Shown: piece by piece, positions 51,301 through 62,813 of the stretch | Layout: each line of letters begins with the position of its first letter | Numbering within the stretch: the first letter of the stretch is position 1 | Assembly (NCBI RefSeq): GCF_006345805.1 | Contig: NC_042999.1 | Coordinates: 10,974,001-11,038,000 of the forward strand | Origin: Octopus sinensis | Lineage: Eukaryota | Reading direction: 5' to 3' | DNA length: 64,000 nt | Notes under the pieces: generated by a model | Database searches by the model: none | What the model saw: only the letters and a program-made list of their open reading frames with translations | What the model was told of the DNA's origin: nothing | Made by a program: the position numbers and the translations under genes

Positions 51301-53475
51301 TCCACCTGCTAATTCCATTCACAAGGCCTTGGTTGGCCCAGGACTATAGCGAAGACACTTACCCAGGTGAGATTGAACTCGAGACTACATACTTGTGAAG
51401 CAAACTTATTCACACAGCCACACCGGCATTATAAACACACAGAATTAATAGCAGTGGCACCGTATTTGCTGGTGGCTGAATATGTTTAAGTTAGAAGCAA
51501 TGATAGCAAAGTACACAAATTTGCTAAGAGCACAATATTTTAATATCGATATATTGATATATCTATCATTTCTGTAGTGAAATTCTCTTAATTCTGTCAT
51601 ACAACAAAAAACTAGTCTCCACTTCCAAGATTGGTCTATACTTTTTATATTGGATGAGTCATAAAATTAAAATCAGTCAATTATTGTAACCAACATTCAC
51701 AGTTAAGGTTGGTTAATATTAGAAATCCAAACAAAAACAATTTTCTAATATTTCTTTAGATATGTGTACATTAGACATATATCTTCTCAGAAGTCAGTAC
51801 CCTAGCCAAGATATGGTTGGTTATTTATAGCTAGATAAAGTGGCGGGGGGGAGTCAGCAACATCTAGGTTATAAAAATAATACTAAGAATAACTTTCCGA
51901 GGTAATTACATTCTAGACAGGACAAAAAAACATTACTATCATCTAATACAGTTTTTCTTTTTATTTTAAAAGATTCTAGTTTAATGACTAACTAATTAAG
52001 CTGAGAAAAAATTTACAAGATCACAACTCTTAATAAAACATCTTGAACAGTGTTATATAATTATTTTACTTTCATTTTATTTTCAATAACTGCATCATTA
52101 AATACACTAATAATCTTCATTTCAGAAAAAAAAAAAAAACAATTAAAGTTTCTAAAACACACACACATACACACCTGGATAGCTGCTACCTTTAATGGTA
52201 ATTATCAAAAGAAGTAGATTTGTAAATAAAAATTATCAAAACTAACAATCATTTCTAGTTTCTTTTAAAATGGGTTTTTTTTTTTTTCTTGTTTTCTTGC
52301 AAATTATTTCCATCATTTAAAAACAAACAAAAAAAAATTAAATGCAAAAGAATGAAATTCCTGAACAAAGTGATGACGGCAATTAACTAAATCAATAACA
52401 AGTTTTCAAAATCAATATATAATGCAACAAAATACCAGAGGCAGTGAGTTAAAGCAATGGGTTAGAAATTGTGATTGTCCATTTTTGTATAGAAGCTGAT
52501 ATAGCGGATGGTCAGTTGCTTGATTTTACCAGTCATGCTTTTTACATGATGTAGATAGGGAGGAAGTGAAGACAAGAGGTGCAGGATGAGTGCACAAACT
52601 AAGCTAGGAGGAGGAGGAGGAGATAGAGTTATTAGAGAAGGAGTCATGCAAATGAGAAATCTGCTTAGTTTTAAGGTATTAAACATTTTCCTTACGAAAA
52701 TTAGTATTCATTTCATCATTTTGAATAAACACCAAGAAATTTGATAAAAGTGGAATTAACACTGGTTGTATAAAGCTGGCCAAAATTGTGACATCAATTC
52801 AGGTTGCAAATCTTCAGCAATTTATAGAAAGATGAAAAACAAATGCTTAATAAGTATGTTTTACATGAAATTTGAAAAAAAAAAAAAAGCCTCCAAACAG
52901 ACAAGTTTATTGTCTTTCCTTAAAAACAACAGGGATCAAGTGGTCCCTGTTGTTTTTAGTGAACATGATGAGCAGGTATGGATTTCCTGCGACATGAAAC
53001 AATGATACAGCAAAGATAAAAGAGAAGAAAAATATATGCCTTAACAAAATCTCCACCCAGATAATGTTACAGCTGCTGATTAACCAACAGTTATGCTTAA
53101 ATCGAATAATCAATAATATATGGAAACTTGACATAGAAAGGAATAACTATAATCACTTGAAATAATATGTATTCTCTTATGTAAATTTATTCCAAATTGA
53201 CGTCTAGGAATCAAGTCAATTAGTAAAGCAAAATTTATGCTGGGGAAACTAGAAGCAGAAACTCACAATATTCTAATATTATTTTGCTGTCATAATGATC
53301 TCTCCTTGCCTATTAAAAGCTTTACAACAATTTAGGCAAATATAGAAAATATTTTTTTTCACAATTAATTTCTTTCTTGTTATACTGAGACATACATAAA
53401 AGACAATTATCTGGCTGTCAACTTCAAGAGAGAAGATAAAACGAGATCTCCATAGACAAGATTATTTATGAGAGC

Positions 53476-53630
53476 AATAGGCATGGCTATGTGATTAAGC
53501 TTTCTTCCCAAGCATGTGGTTTGGGGTTCAGTCTCATTGCCTGGAACCCTGGGCAAGTGCTTTCTGCTATAGTTCCAAACCAAACAAAGCCTTGTGAGTG
53601 GATTAGGTAGATGGAAATTGAAAGAAGCCC

Positions 53631-53673
<43 letters not shown>

Positions 53674-53890
53674 TGTGTATGTGTACCCATGTTTTGATAT
53701 CACATGATGGTTGTAAATGACATCACCATACAAGCGATGATGTTCAATTCCAGCTTCCCATGAAAAACCTGTCGTCATAGAAACCAGTGAGGATTGGTGA
53801 CAGGAAGAACATCCAGCTGTAGGAAAACTGCCTCAACAAATTCTGTCTGACCCATGCAAGCAATGAAAAGTGGACATAAAGTGATAATGA
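53476..53890 (+). mobile_element. Chimeric SINE (family B head plus family C tail)
   Basis: Same architecture as the 10.5, 24.65, 28.6 and 63.25 kb copies. Confidence 0.75.
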
Positions 53891-54794
53891 TTATTGTGTT
53901 TTCGTAGGATTAGGGCTATGTTGGAAGCAGAAAACATGCTCACATCTGTATGTTTGACTAAATCAGAGAGTTCTAAGTGCTGAGGCAAGAAGTACTGAAA
54001 CTAGTCAGCAATGAGGAGGGTGGTAGAGGGCGGTGAGTTCTATGTGCATTGACAGTCTCCTTTCAGCCACAGAGTTATTTGCAAAAAAATAACACAGACC
54101 ATAATGTAAGATCTTTCAAAAATAACTTTCACATGTTAGAGTCATTTTACGTTAGAATACTGACATTAGCAATGAAGAAACTGTATTCAAACATATTACA
54201 ACACTCTATATGATAATCCACTACATATCCAAGTGTAGAGTGTAGTCTTCCACCAACCAGAAGAAGAAATATATCCAGTGAGCAAGCAAAAGAGCCTGCA
54301 CACAGTTATTCATACGACAAAAAAATTGCTGTCAAATCTTTTTCAAATTACATTCTGGATGACTATACTGGATAACCCTTTTGTTACAACATTTCTGTTG
54401 AAATACACTGCTTTAAATTTGGTTAATTTTAAAAATAATGAAGGAATATAGTAAAATAGCTTTGTCAGTATTATGCTGGTGTTTTGATGCAAGAATTATT
54501 TAAATCCCTTTAAAAACAGGAACTTTGTATCATAAAACCAGAGGCAATTTTTTGCCAAGTAAAAGTAATCCTGGTTATATATTCCAAAAAGAAGCTGGAA
54601 CGGTCACAATTTGAATCCCAATCAGTGTTTGGTACAGAGAAATAGTTTCTCCATATGCAGACACCATCAAAATACAACAGAAGTTACCACTTTTACAACA
54701 GAGGATCTAGCCACGAAACACTTGTTCCAACAATTCACATAAATATTGGCATAGTTACCTACTAAACCATACAATCATGGATAACAGTGGGGTT

Positions 54795-54973
54795 TTTTTT
54801 TAAATATATAATGCCACTACACTCGCAGAGTGGTTGGCGTTAGGAAGGGCATCCAGCCGTAGAAACTCTGCCAGATCAGACTGGGCCTGATGCAGCCTGC
54901 TGGCTTCACAGACCCCAGTTGAACCGTTCAACCCATGCTAACATGGAGAGCGGACGTTAAACGATGATGATGA
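54795..54973 (+). mobile_element. SINE family A, 5'-truncated
   Basis: Core and (GAT)n tail. Confidence 0.88.
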
Positions 54974-57642
54974 ATGCCATTTAAGTCATGCAATTCACAC
55001 ACTTGTAACCTACATATATGGTAGCTTAAAATGGAAACCCTTCTACAAAACTGGACCTGTTTGTTACTGTATTTGTGTTGAAATTCAGTTTTTGTCTCAA
55101 TAGTTTTATCATTAAGCTGATGTTTGGAAAATAAATTAACATAAAATTTTGATGAAAAGTTTTAATTAAAATCATTTTAAAATAGAGAGCTTGTATCAAA
55201 GAACCAGGATGTAGTTTCAGGCAGGTTGGTATGAAAAGGGTTTACCAAATATATCCAATGTCACTGGCTGTATACCATTCCAGTTACTACCACAAAGAAT
55301 ATTCAAAATTCTAAATTAAATACCCAAAATAGTCACCTGTAGCAAAAAAAAAAATTTTTTTGTAAGAAATATAAATAAAGGCAAGTTAGAAATAAAAGGA
55401 CATGTGAAATAATGCCAGAAGCTAATACACAGAAAGATAACTTGGCAAATGAAAATGCTTGGATTACGTTTAAAGGTACATTAGCACTGCCTCTGCTTGT
55501 TCCAACTGAAAGGACTTAGATTTATGGCAACATTTGAAATAAAATGCTTCCAGCTATCTCTTTCTATCTGACTTCTGTAGAAGAGGCAATTTTAATCTTT
55601 GATTTCCAAAGCAATGTTGCTACATCAAACAAGAACAAGAATCATAGAAATAAATGAAATGAAGAGGTTACAACATTAAAAACTTCAAAGAAAATGACAT
55701 TTGACAGATTATTAGAAAATGCAATTCCAACTACAGAATGAAATGTTTTCTTTTGTGTCTTTGGAAGCTTTCTAAAATAAGTAGCCATCATAAAATGGTA
55801 ATACAACTTATAGTTTCAATGATAAAGCAGCAGTCGATTTATTCTTCAGCTGGTTATTAAGAGCTTAACATCAATCCTGTTTACACTGACCCAGACTTCA
55901 TTTAGGTTACTTGGTCAAAGGTTATCAATCTTTAATAATCTCTTCATATATACACTTTTGTTTTTAAATGTATTTAACATAAATCATTCATTCTTTGAAC
56001 ATACAACACACATTTATCATTATCCTCATTATCACCTGGTTAACATCCATTTTTGATAGGATACAAGTTACATATAATTTCAAATATGAAGATTAAATGA
56101 ACTTCAGAATTGATATTCAAACATTTAAATTTACTTTCATCATCATCTTTTAACATCAGATAGAATTTGTTGAGGCAGATTTTCTATGGCCAGATGCTCT
56201 TCCAGCTACCAAGCAAAGAAATATTTCTCCATGGTTGTATATGTTTGTTTGTTTTTTACAGAAGATTGTAAACAAAGGATACAGCTTGTATGATAGTGAT
56301 ACTTATTTTACAACTATCACATGTCAAAACAAAGTGACACAAACACACATGCACACACACCCATGTACATACACATGTGACTTGGCATTGTGTGAGTTGT
56401 AAATGAGTGTCACTGCCATACAAGCAGTGTTGTTTATTTCCAATATTCTGTATGGAGATATGTCTGGCTATGGGGAAATATTACCTTCTTTGGAAATAGG
56501 TGAGGGTTGGTGACATGAACGGCACTCAGTTGTAGAAAATCTACTTCAGTAAACTGTCCATCCCATGCAAGCTTGGAAAAGTGGGCATGAAAAACAATAA
56601 CTTTGATTTATTCATATATATATATATATATATGGTTGGTTTCTTTCAGTTTCCATCTATCAAATCCACTCACAAGGAGTTGGCTAACCAGGGAATATGG
56701 TAGAAGACTACAGAAAGCAAAGCTGCCTTTATTTGCATTTCTTGGTATGATGTAGTTTCATCTGGTATCTCAGATAAAAATTTGTCTAAATGTTCTTTGA
56801 ACACTTCTATGCCTCTTAGATCTGAAGTTTTTGGGCAAGGTACTGAAAAGCTTTAGGCCCTTGAACCCTAAGCTGTTACATTATTCAGTCCTTACTCTAG
56901 AAAGAGAGGATGGCATCTTTGGTACTATGCAGTGGTATTCAGTTTGAGAGTTGGTATAGCTTTCAATACTTACAAAATTAAAAACAAAAATATTTGTTAT
57001 CAAAGTTTTATAAAATAAAAGTATACAAAAGAAATAAACTATAAAATACAATAAACCAGGAACATCTTTGGTTAGCAATAAAAAAAAAACCTTAAGTACA
57101 TCAAAGAACAGAGTGACCATCTGAAGCAACTTTTTTTTAAATATCAATTCTAATTCCACATCCAGTAAACCCATAATTGCTTTAACTCTGCAGCTCTGTT
57201 CAGAAATGCTTATAAAAGACATCAATTAAATAAGCCAAAGCCTTTTTATACCAACCTGTCCAAGGCCATCCCTGATTCCTTGATACAAACAGCCTGTTAT
57301 TAAATGATCTAAATTAAAACCTTCCATTTAAATTCCATCTTAATCTATATTCGAAATACCAGTCTGAATAATGACAGAACTTATTTTACTAACTTCTTCA
57401 TTATTTTTAAAGTTGACCGAAACAAAGCCAGGATATTTCTGCAGAAATATGGTAACAAAAGACTGGTATGTCCATAAATGGTAGAAATATTGAATTGAAA
57501 ATAGTCGCCATGAGTGGTGGATAATGTTGTAAGGCTTCTTAGCAAGACATTGTTATTCTGCCAGAGTATACACGTTAATGAAGGTTTAACAAACCTGATT
57601 ACAGTTATTGGAATAAAGCTAAAACAAAAACAAACACCTTAC

Positions 57643-57687
57643 CCTCAACTTTCTCATTCTTCGCTTCCATCGTCTGCTGTTGTCCAT
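57643..57687 (-). CDS. Candidate first coding exon of the minus-strand gene (MDNSRRWKRRMRKLR from 57687, or MEAKNEKVE from 57670)
   Basis: Strong donor GAGG|gtaagg at 57642, two ATGs, no good upstream acceptor, CpG-rich context. Confidence 0.45.
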
Positions 57688-57719
57688 TTATTTTGCAAGT
57701 TTCAATGGAGCAGACGATA

Positions 57720-57850
57720 ATTTAGTGCTCTGAAGCGCATGCGTGAACGGAGAAGCGGGGGGGGGTGATAAGAGAAAAATAAAAAAAAAATATTCTGATT
57801 GCTGACCAACCACCACCTCCTTCAATATCTACTCGCACCATCACCTCCTT
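57720..57850 (-). promoter_or_regulatory. Putative TATA-less promoter with an NRF-1-like palindrome
   Basis: gcgcatgcgt at 57735-57744, about 50 bp upstream of the first ATG. CpG content rises abruptly here. Confidence 0.45.
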
Positions 57851-57853
57851 TAA

Positions 57854-58497
57854 TTGGTACTACTAGCGAACAGTGGTACCGGTGCGCACACACGCACAAG
57901 CTAGTCGTAAGTAGTGGATCCTACAACGACTACCTAGCAAAGTAAATAAAACACAAAATAAATAATTTTTTTACACAAAGGCGCAGGAGTGGCTGTGTGG
58001 TAAGTAGCTTGCTAACACCAACCACATGGTTCCGGGTTCAGTCCCACTGGGTGGCATCTTGGGCAAGTGTCTTCTGCTATAGCCCCGGGCCGACCAATGC
58101 CTTGTGAGTGGATTTGGTAGACAGAAACTGAAAGAAGCCTGTCGTATATATGTATATATATGTGTGTGTGCTTGTGTGTCTGTGTTTGTCCCTCTAGCAT
58201 TGCTTGACAACCGATGCTGGTGTGTCTATGTCCCCGTCACTTAGCGGTTCGGCAAAAGAGACCGATAGAATAAGTACTGGGCTTACAAAGAATAAGTCCC
58301 GGGGTCGATTTGCTCGACTAAAGGCGGTGCTCCAGCATGGCCGCAGTCAAATGACTGAAACAAAGAGTAAAGTAAATAATTTTGTTAGACAAAGTAAATA
58401 AAACACGAAAACACAAAGTAAGGATCGACTAGTCATGACTAACTGGCGCAAATGCGCGAGAGCGCGCACCGGGACCACTGTTCTCAAGTAGTAGCCT
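57854..58497. mobile_element. TTAA-flanked MITE with ~70-bp imperfect TIRs (Kolobok-like termini), interrupted by a SINE
   Basis: TTAA at 57850-57853 and 58498-58501. The outer 34 nt of the arms are 28/34 identical. The right terminus reads AGG after TTAA (purine start). Confidence 0.65.
57980..58372 (+). mobile_element. Full-length SINE family B nested in the MITE
   Basis: 21-bp TSD at 57959-57979 and 58373-58393 (19/21 identical). Confidence 0.92.
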
Positions 58498-59094
58498 TTA
58501 ATTTTTCCTACTCAAAAACAACTCCTTCAGCATTATACTCATCTGTAACAAACCTAAATAAATGGCATTAAATGGTTGCATGACAGAGAAGAGTGACAGC
58601 AGAATTAAAATAACAAATTATTGCATGGATCTAAGAATTTAAGGAGAGGAACTGCCTCGTGGTCCTAGCAGACAAAACGGAGAAAGTGACGAGGGAGATG
58701 CGCTGGAAAAACTCAAATATATTTGCCAATCATGGATATATGTGTAGACCTATACCAGTTACGCACTGGGGTCGATGTAATCGACTTAACCCCTTTGTCT
58801 GTCCTTGTTTGTCCCCTCTATGTTTAGCCCCTTGTGGGCAATAAAGAAATATATCTATCATATCGAATTTTCTTTCTGTTGCACATATACATGGCCACGG
58901 CCTTTGGGCTGGAACACAAAAGTGTCACATCCACAGCTATTTGCTAACGAGGGTTACTTCACTTCGCTGCTATTTGGCCGTCCATCTTTGTGGATAAAGA
59001 TATATCGACGCCGCCATCCCTTCAGCAAAATCTCCCTCTCTCTCTTTCTCTCCTTTCAACTCCATCACGTCCCTTTGCGCTAAACACCTTCCCC

Positions 59095-59590
59095 ACTATA
59101 CCTACTACCTCTCTCTCTCCCTCTACCTTCCACTCGCATTCCCTCTCTCTCCCTCCACCTTCTACTCGCCTTCCCTCTCTCTCTCCCTCTACCTTCCCTC
59201 TCTCTCTCTCCCTCTACCTTCCACTCGCCTTCCCTCTCTCTCCCTCTACCTCCCACTCGCCTTCCCTCTCTCTCTCTCCCTCTACCTCCCACTCGCCTTC
59301 CCTCTCTCTCTCTCCCTCTACCTTCCATTCGCCTTCTCTCTTCCCCCCTTTACCTTCAACTCGCCTTCCCTCTCTCTCTCTCCCTCTACCTTCCACTCGC
59401 CTTCTCTCTTCCCCCCCTTTACCTTCCACTCGCCTTCTCTCTTCCCCCCCTTTACCTTCCACTCGCCTTCCCTCTCTCTCTCCCTCCACCTTCCACTCGC
59501 CTTCTCTCTTCCCCCCCTTTACCTTCCACTCGCCTTCCCTCTCTCTCTCCCTCCACCTTCTCTCTTCCCCCCCTTTACCATCCACTATTT
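59095..59590. repeat. Polypyrimidine/polypurine minisatellite, ~13-14 units of 32-36 bp
   Basis: Core accttccactcgcctt followed by either ccct(ct)nccctct or ctctcttccccccctt. Confidence 0.92.
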
Positions 59591-59714
59591 AAACACTTAA
59601 CATTATGGCGATCCCTTTTCTCCTAAAAATAATTCTAAGCGACAGAAGCAGTATTTAATACCAAAAGACTTTCGCCTCTCCCTTCAACTAATCACAATTC
59701 TTTCAGTAATCGAA

Positions 59715-59892
59715 AGGGGGGGGCATTAACCATTTACATCGACTCCAGTGCTCAACTTCTACTTATTTCATCGATCCCAAAATGATGAAAGGTGAAGTCG
59801 ACCTTGGCGACATTTGAACTCAGAACGTAAAGAACCGGAAGAAATGCCGCTAAGCAGTTTGTCTGTCGTGCTAACAATTCTGCCAACTCGCT
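59715..59892 (-). mobile_element. tRNA-derived SINE (fourth family; older copies at ~2.87, 15.3, 36.4 and 58.75 kb)
   Basis: The reverse complement reads gagttggcagaattgttagc...gttctgagttcaaatgtcgccaaggtcgacttcacctttcatc. Confidence 0.8.
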
Positions 59893-60325
59893 GGGGAGAA
59901 AAAAGAAAACTTTAAAATTTCCCCCATCAAACCAATACATTGATTGCTTAATCCTTTCTACTACTCATCAATCAATAATAAATAAATAAAAAAATCCAAG
60001 AATTGTTACAGAAATCATACCATTTGACCTTGGGCTATTTGTGTGACCTGTGCACTAATCCCACGCAGTTAAATGAAATAATGGCTAGACATCTGCCAAT
60101 TGAACAACTATACTCAATACGAATGCAAGAAATCGATATAAAATACATTGATTTATCGGTTTATTTTGTTTCAGTTAAAGATAATTCCCAAAACCTTGTC
60201 ATCAAAAGATACAAATATCGTTATATAACAACACAGCAGATAAATTGTGGAAAGTCATTTAAGTAAAGCGAGAAAACAATTCAAGATTGGTCAGCAGCAC
60301 TTTTACAACATGCAGAAAGAAAAAC

Positions 60326-60425
60326 CTTCTCGTAGATTCCCTATTCTGTATAAACTTTTGAACAACAAACACAGCGTCGACACCACGATCATAACAAAAA
60401 AACACAAGCTGCACGAAGACGCCAT
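60326..60425 (-). CDS. Possible first exon encoding an N-terminal signal anchor (MASSCSLCFFVMIVVSTLCLLFKSLYRIGNLRE)
   Basis: ggcaATGGCG start context, CpG-rich patch, hydrophobic stretch of about 17 aa. The donor AAG|gttttt is weak. Confidence 0.25.
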
Positions 60426-62731
60426 TGCCACCATTTCACAAGCGCCATACCAATCAGTAACTATGTAAAATATGGGAGGTTTTCATGACGCATCCTGCAT
60501 ATCGTATTTGAATCAGTGGTCCATATGATTCCCGGGGATCCATATAAGATTTTAGTGAGTCCACACAAGCAAAATAGGAGGTAAATTAAGAGATGTCTTA
60601 AAATTATACAGTGTGGCAAAACAAGAACCTGCCAGTGGTCCGTTGGGCAAGTGTCTTCTAATTGTGGCCTAGGGCCGACCAAAGCATGAGGAGTAGATTT
60701 CGGAGGTGTGTATACGTTCTCATAACTTAGCGGCTTGACAAAAGAGATCAACAGAATAAGTACTAGGCTTTACAAAATTAAGTACTGGGGTCGATTCGTT
60801 CGACTAAAATCATTCATGGCGGTGCCCCAACATGGCCGCAGTCTGGAGACTGAATCTAGTCTTTATAGCTCGATGTAGTAGCCTCACTGACCTATAACTA
60901 ATTTTAAAGGCTTTATTTGTTAAAGTATAACCGAACAAGCAACATTTTTATGTAAATTAAAACAAAAATTCAATTCAGTTAAACTTCAAAACAAAGAAAA
61001 ATAAACAAAATTAGAAGAATTCTGCCAGTTTATATATGTTGTTGTTTTTTTTTTTCAATACTGAATGAGTGGAGAAAATGTTTAAGACAACCTGCTTTAA
61101 TCATTTCATCTATATAAAGAACGAAGATAAAATCTTAAAACAAACAACTTCAATGTATTTAATTTCTCTTGCACTAATACTTATGTGAGATTAACAACTT
61201 TACAGATAACAGCAACTATCAAAAAAAGAAATGAACTATCAAAAGAAATAGCAAAACATTTCCCTTCCAAAGTTATTTACTCAACTAAGCTATTTACATA
61301 TCAGCACATCTTGACTATTTGATAGAGAATTACGGACGGCTTCTTCTTGCTTCTTTTCTCTTTTTTAATAAAGAGGGAAAAGAAGCCGAATAAAAATCAT
61401 TCAGCAAACAAGATGTAGATATAAATAAACTTTATTAGATAATGTTAACGGGCCACGAATTTATGTCAGCAAAATTTCGCTGTTATATTTATCATATTTT
61501 CGTTGGCATACGTTAAGAAGGAGCACCTAGGAATATGGTGTATTCTGGTAACGCTCTTAACCCATAACATCTGCACAGTTTATAGAGGGATAAATATATT
61601 CAAGCAAACCTATTTAAGTCTTTTGTTACCATATTTCTGTTGATTTACAGCATCTTTGCCTCAGTTGATTTTGAACACAATGAAGCATTTAATAAAATAA
61701 CTATTCTTTTTATTAAGTTGGGGTTTGGACCATATATTAACACGAAAATTTCGATGGAAAGTTTTAATTTACTCTGCATTCAAACAGGAATTTTGTATCA
61801 GAGAACCAATGGTGGTCTCGGGTGGGTTGAAAATAAAATTGTTAAACAAAGCAGAATGTGTTGTTTTTATTGGTGGTCACGGCATTCCAAGGAAAGAGAT
61901 ATTCAATTAGAAAACGGAGAAAAGACAGATAGAAATACAGTGTTTTAGTTTTAAAAAAAGCTGCTACCCAACAAGGCGTTTTTCCCATTCTACTTTTCTT
62001 CCATTATAAATATTCTTTTCTACATTTCAAACGTCTGGAATTACCCTTTCAGTAATATTGCTTTCAAAAGTCCCAGTTTTGTTTTACACACAACCATTTG
62101 TGGAAAATCTTTAATGTTCCTACCAACTCCAGAAACCACAAACAGCTTTAAAAAGTCTTAATTCTTTTGGTGGCAATTTTATAAACAACAGCTATTACAA
62201 AATGTCCTGTTTTAAAGCTATATAAATTAAAAGCTTCCATTAAAATTTCATCTTCCAAACAGCAGTTTTCTAACAGTTATTCCACTAAATTCTTTACTGC
62301 ATCAAAATTGGTTGAACGAAAGGCAATGCATTTCAACAGGGAATATGTTAACTAAAGCATTAACCATCAATCTTATCACTATCTTCAAAATTAGTTCTAA
62401 CAAATGCAGTGTATTTCAGAAGAAATATAACAGGAAAGGTTTTTATCTGCTTATAGTTACTCTCCCCTCCAAAACCACATTTCTTGACTAGACGTACATT
62501 GTCTATATGCCTTAATTGTCAAGAAAAATGTCTTCTCTCTTGTATAAATATCAACTAATGTCTTTGATAAATCAGCCAGTCTCTTGATTTGTCCATAGAA
62601 ATAAACATTGTACACAACAGAGCATACTCAATGTATTTCTCTCTAAATTATTAAAAATCCTGAATTCACAACCATTTAACTCCTTGCTTAGGCACCAAAA
62701 TAATCCTTTTTTTTTTTTCTTTTGCCCAAAG

Positions 62732-62813
62732 CGAGTCCTCGCTTGAATGCTTCAAATGCTCTGATTCATTCAGCAGAAACCCTACCAAGAACTTCTCCAA
62801 TCTCCACCATGAT
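62732..62813 (+). CDS. Candidate internal exon of a plus-strand gene (ESSLECFKCSDSFSRNPTKNFSNLHHD, or an alternative frame)
   Basis: Very strong polypyrimidine acceptor (t)n-ctttgcccaaag, donor GAT|gtaagg, 82 nt, two open frames. Confidence 0.45.

Noticed and set aside
23572-55320. Assigning the host gene as IQCB1/NPHP5-like (scattered resemblances such as ELFLSIL, IKLQTKLR, GIQP, D......GG)
   Set aside because: Only short matches from memory, inconsistent spacing and no intact IQ motif. It needs a profile search, so no gene symbol is given.
58990-59592. 200-aa Ser/Pro/Leu ORF and antisense Glu/Arg/Gly ORFs
   Set aside because: Translations of the polypyrimidine minisatellite, which cannot contain stop codons.
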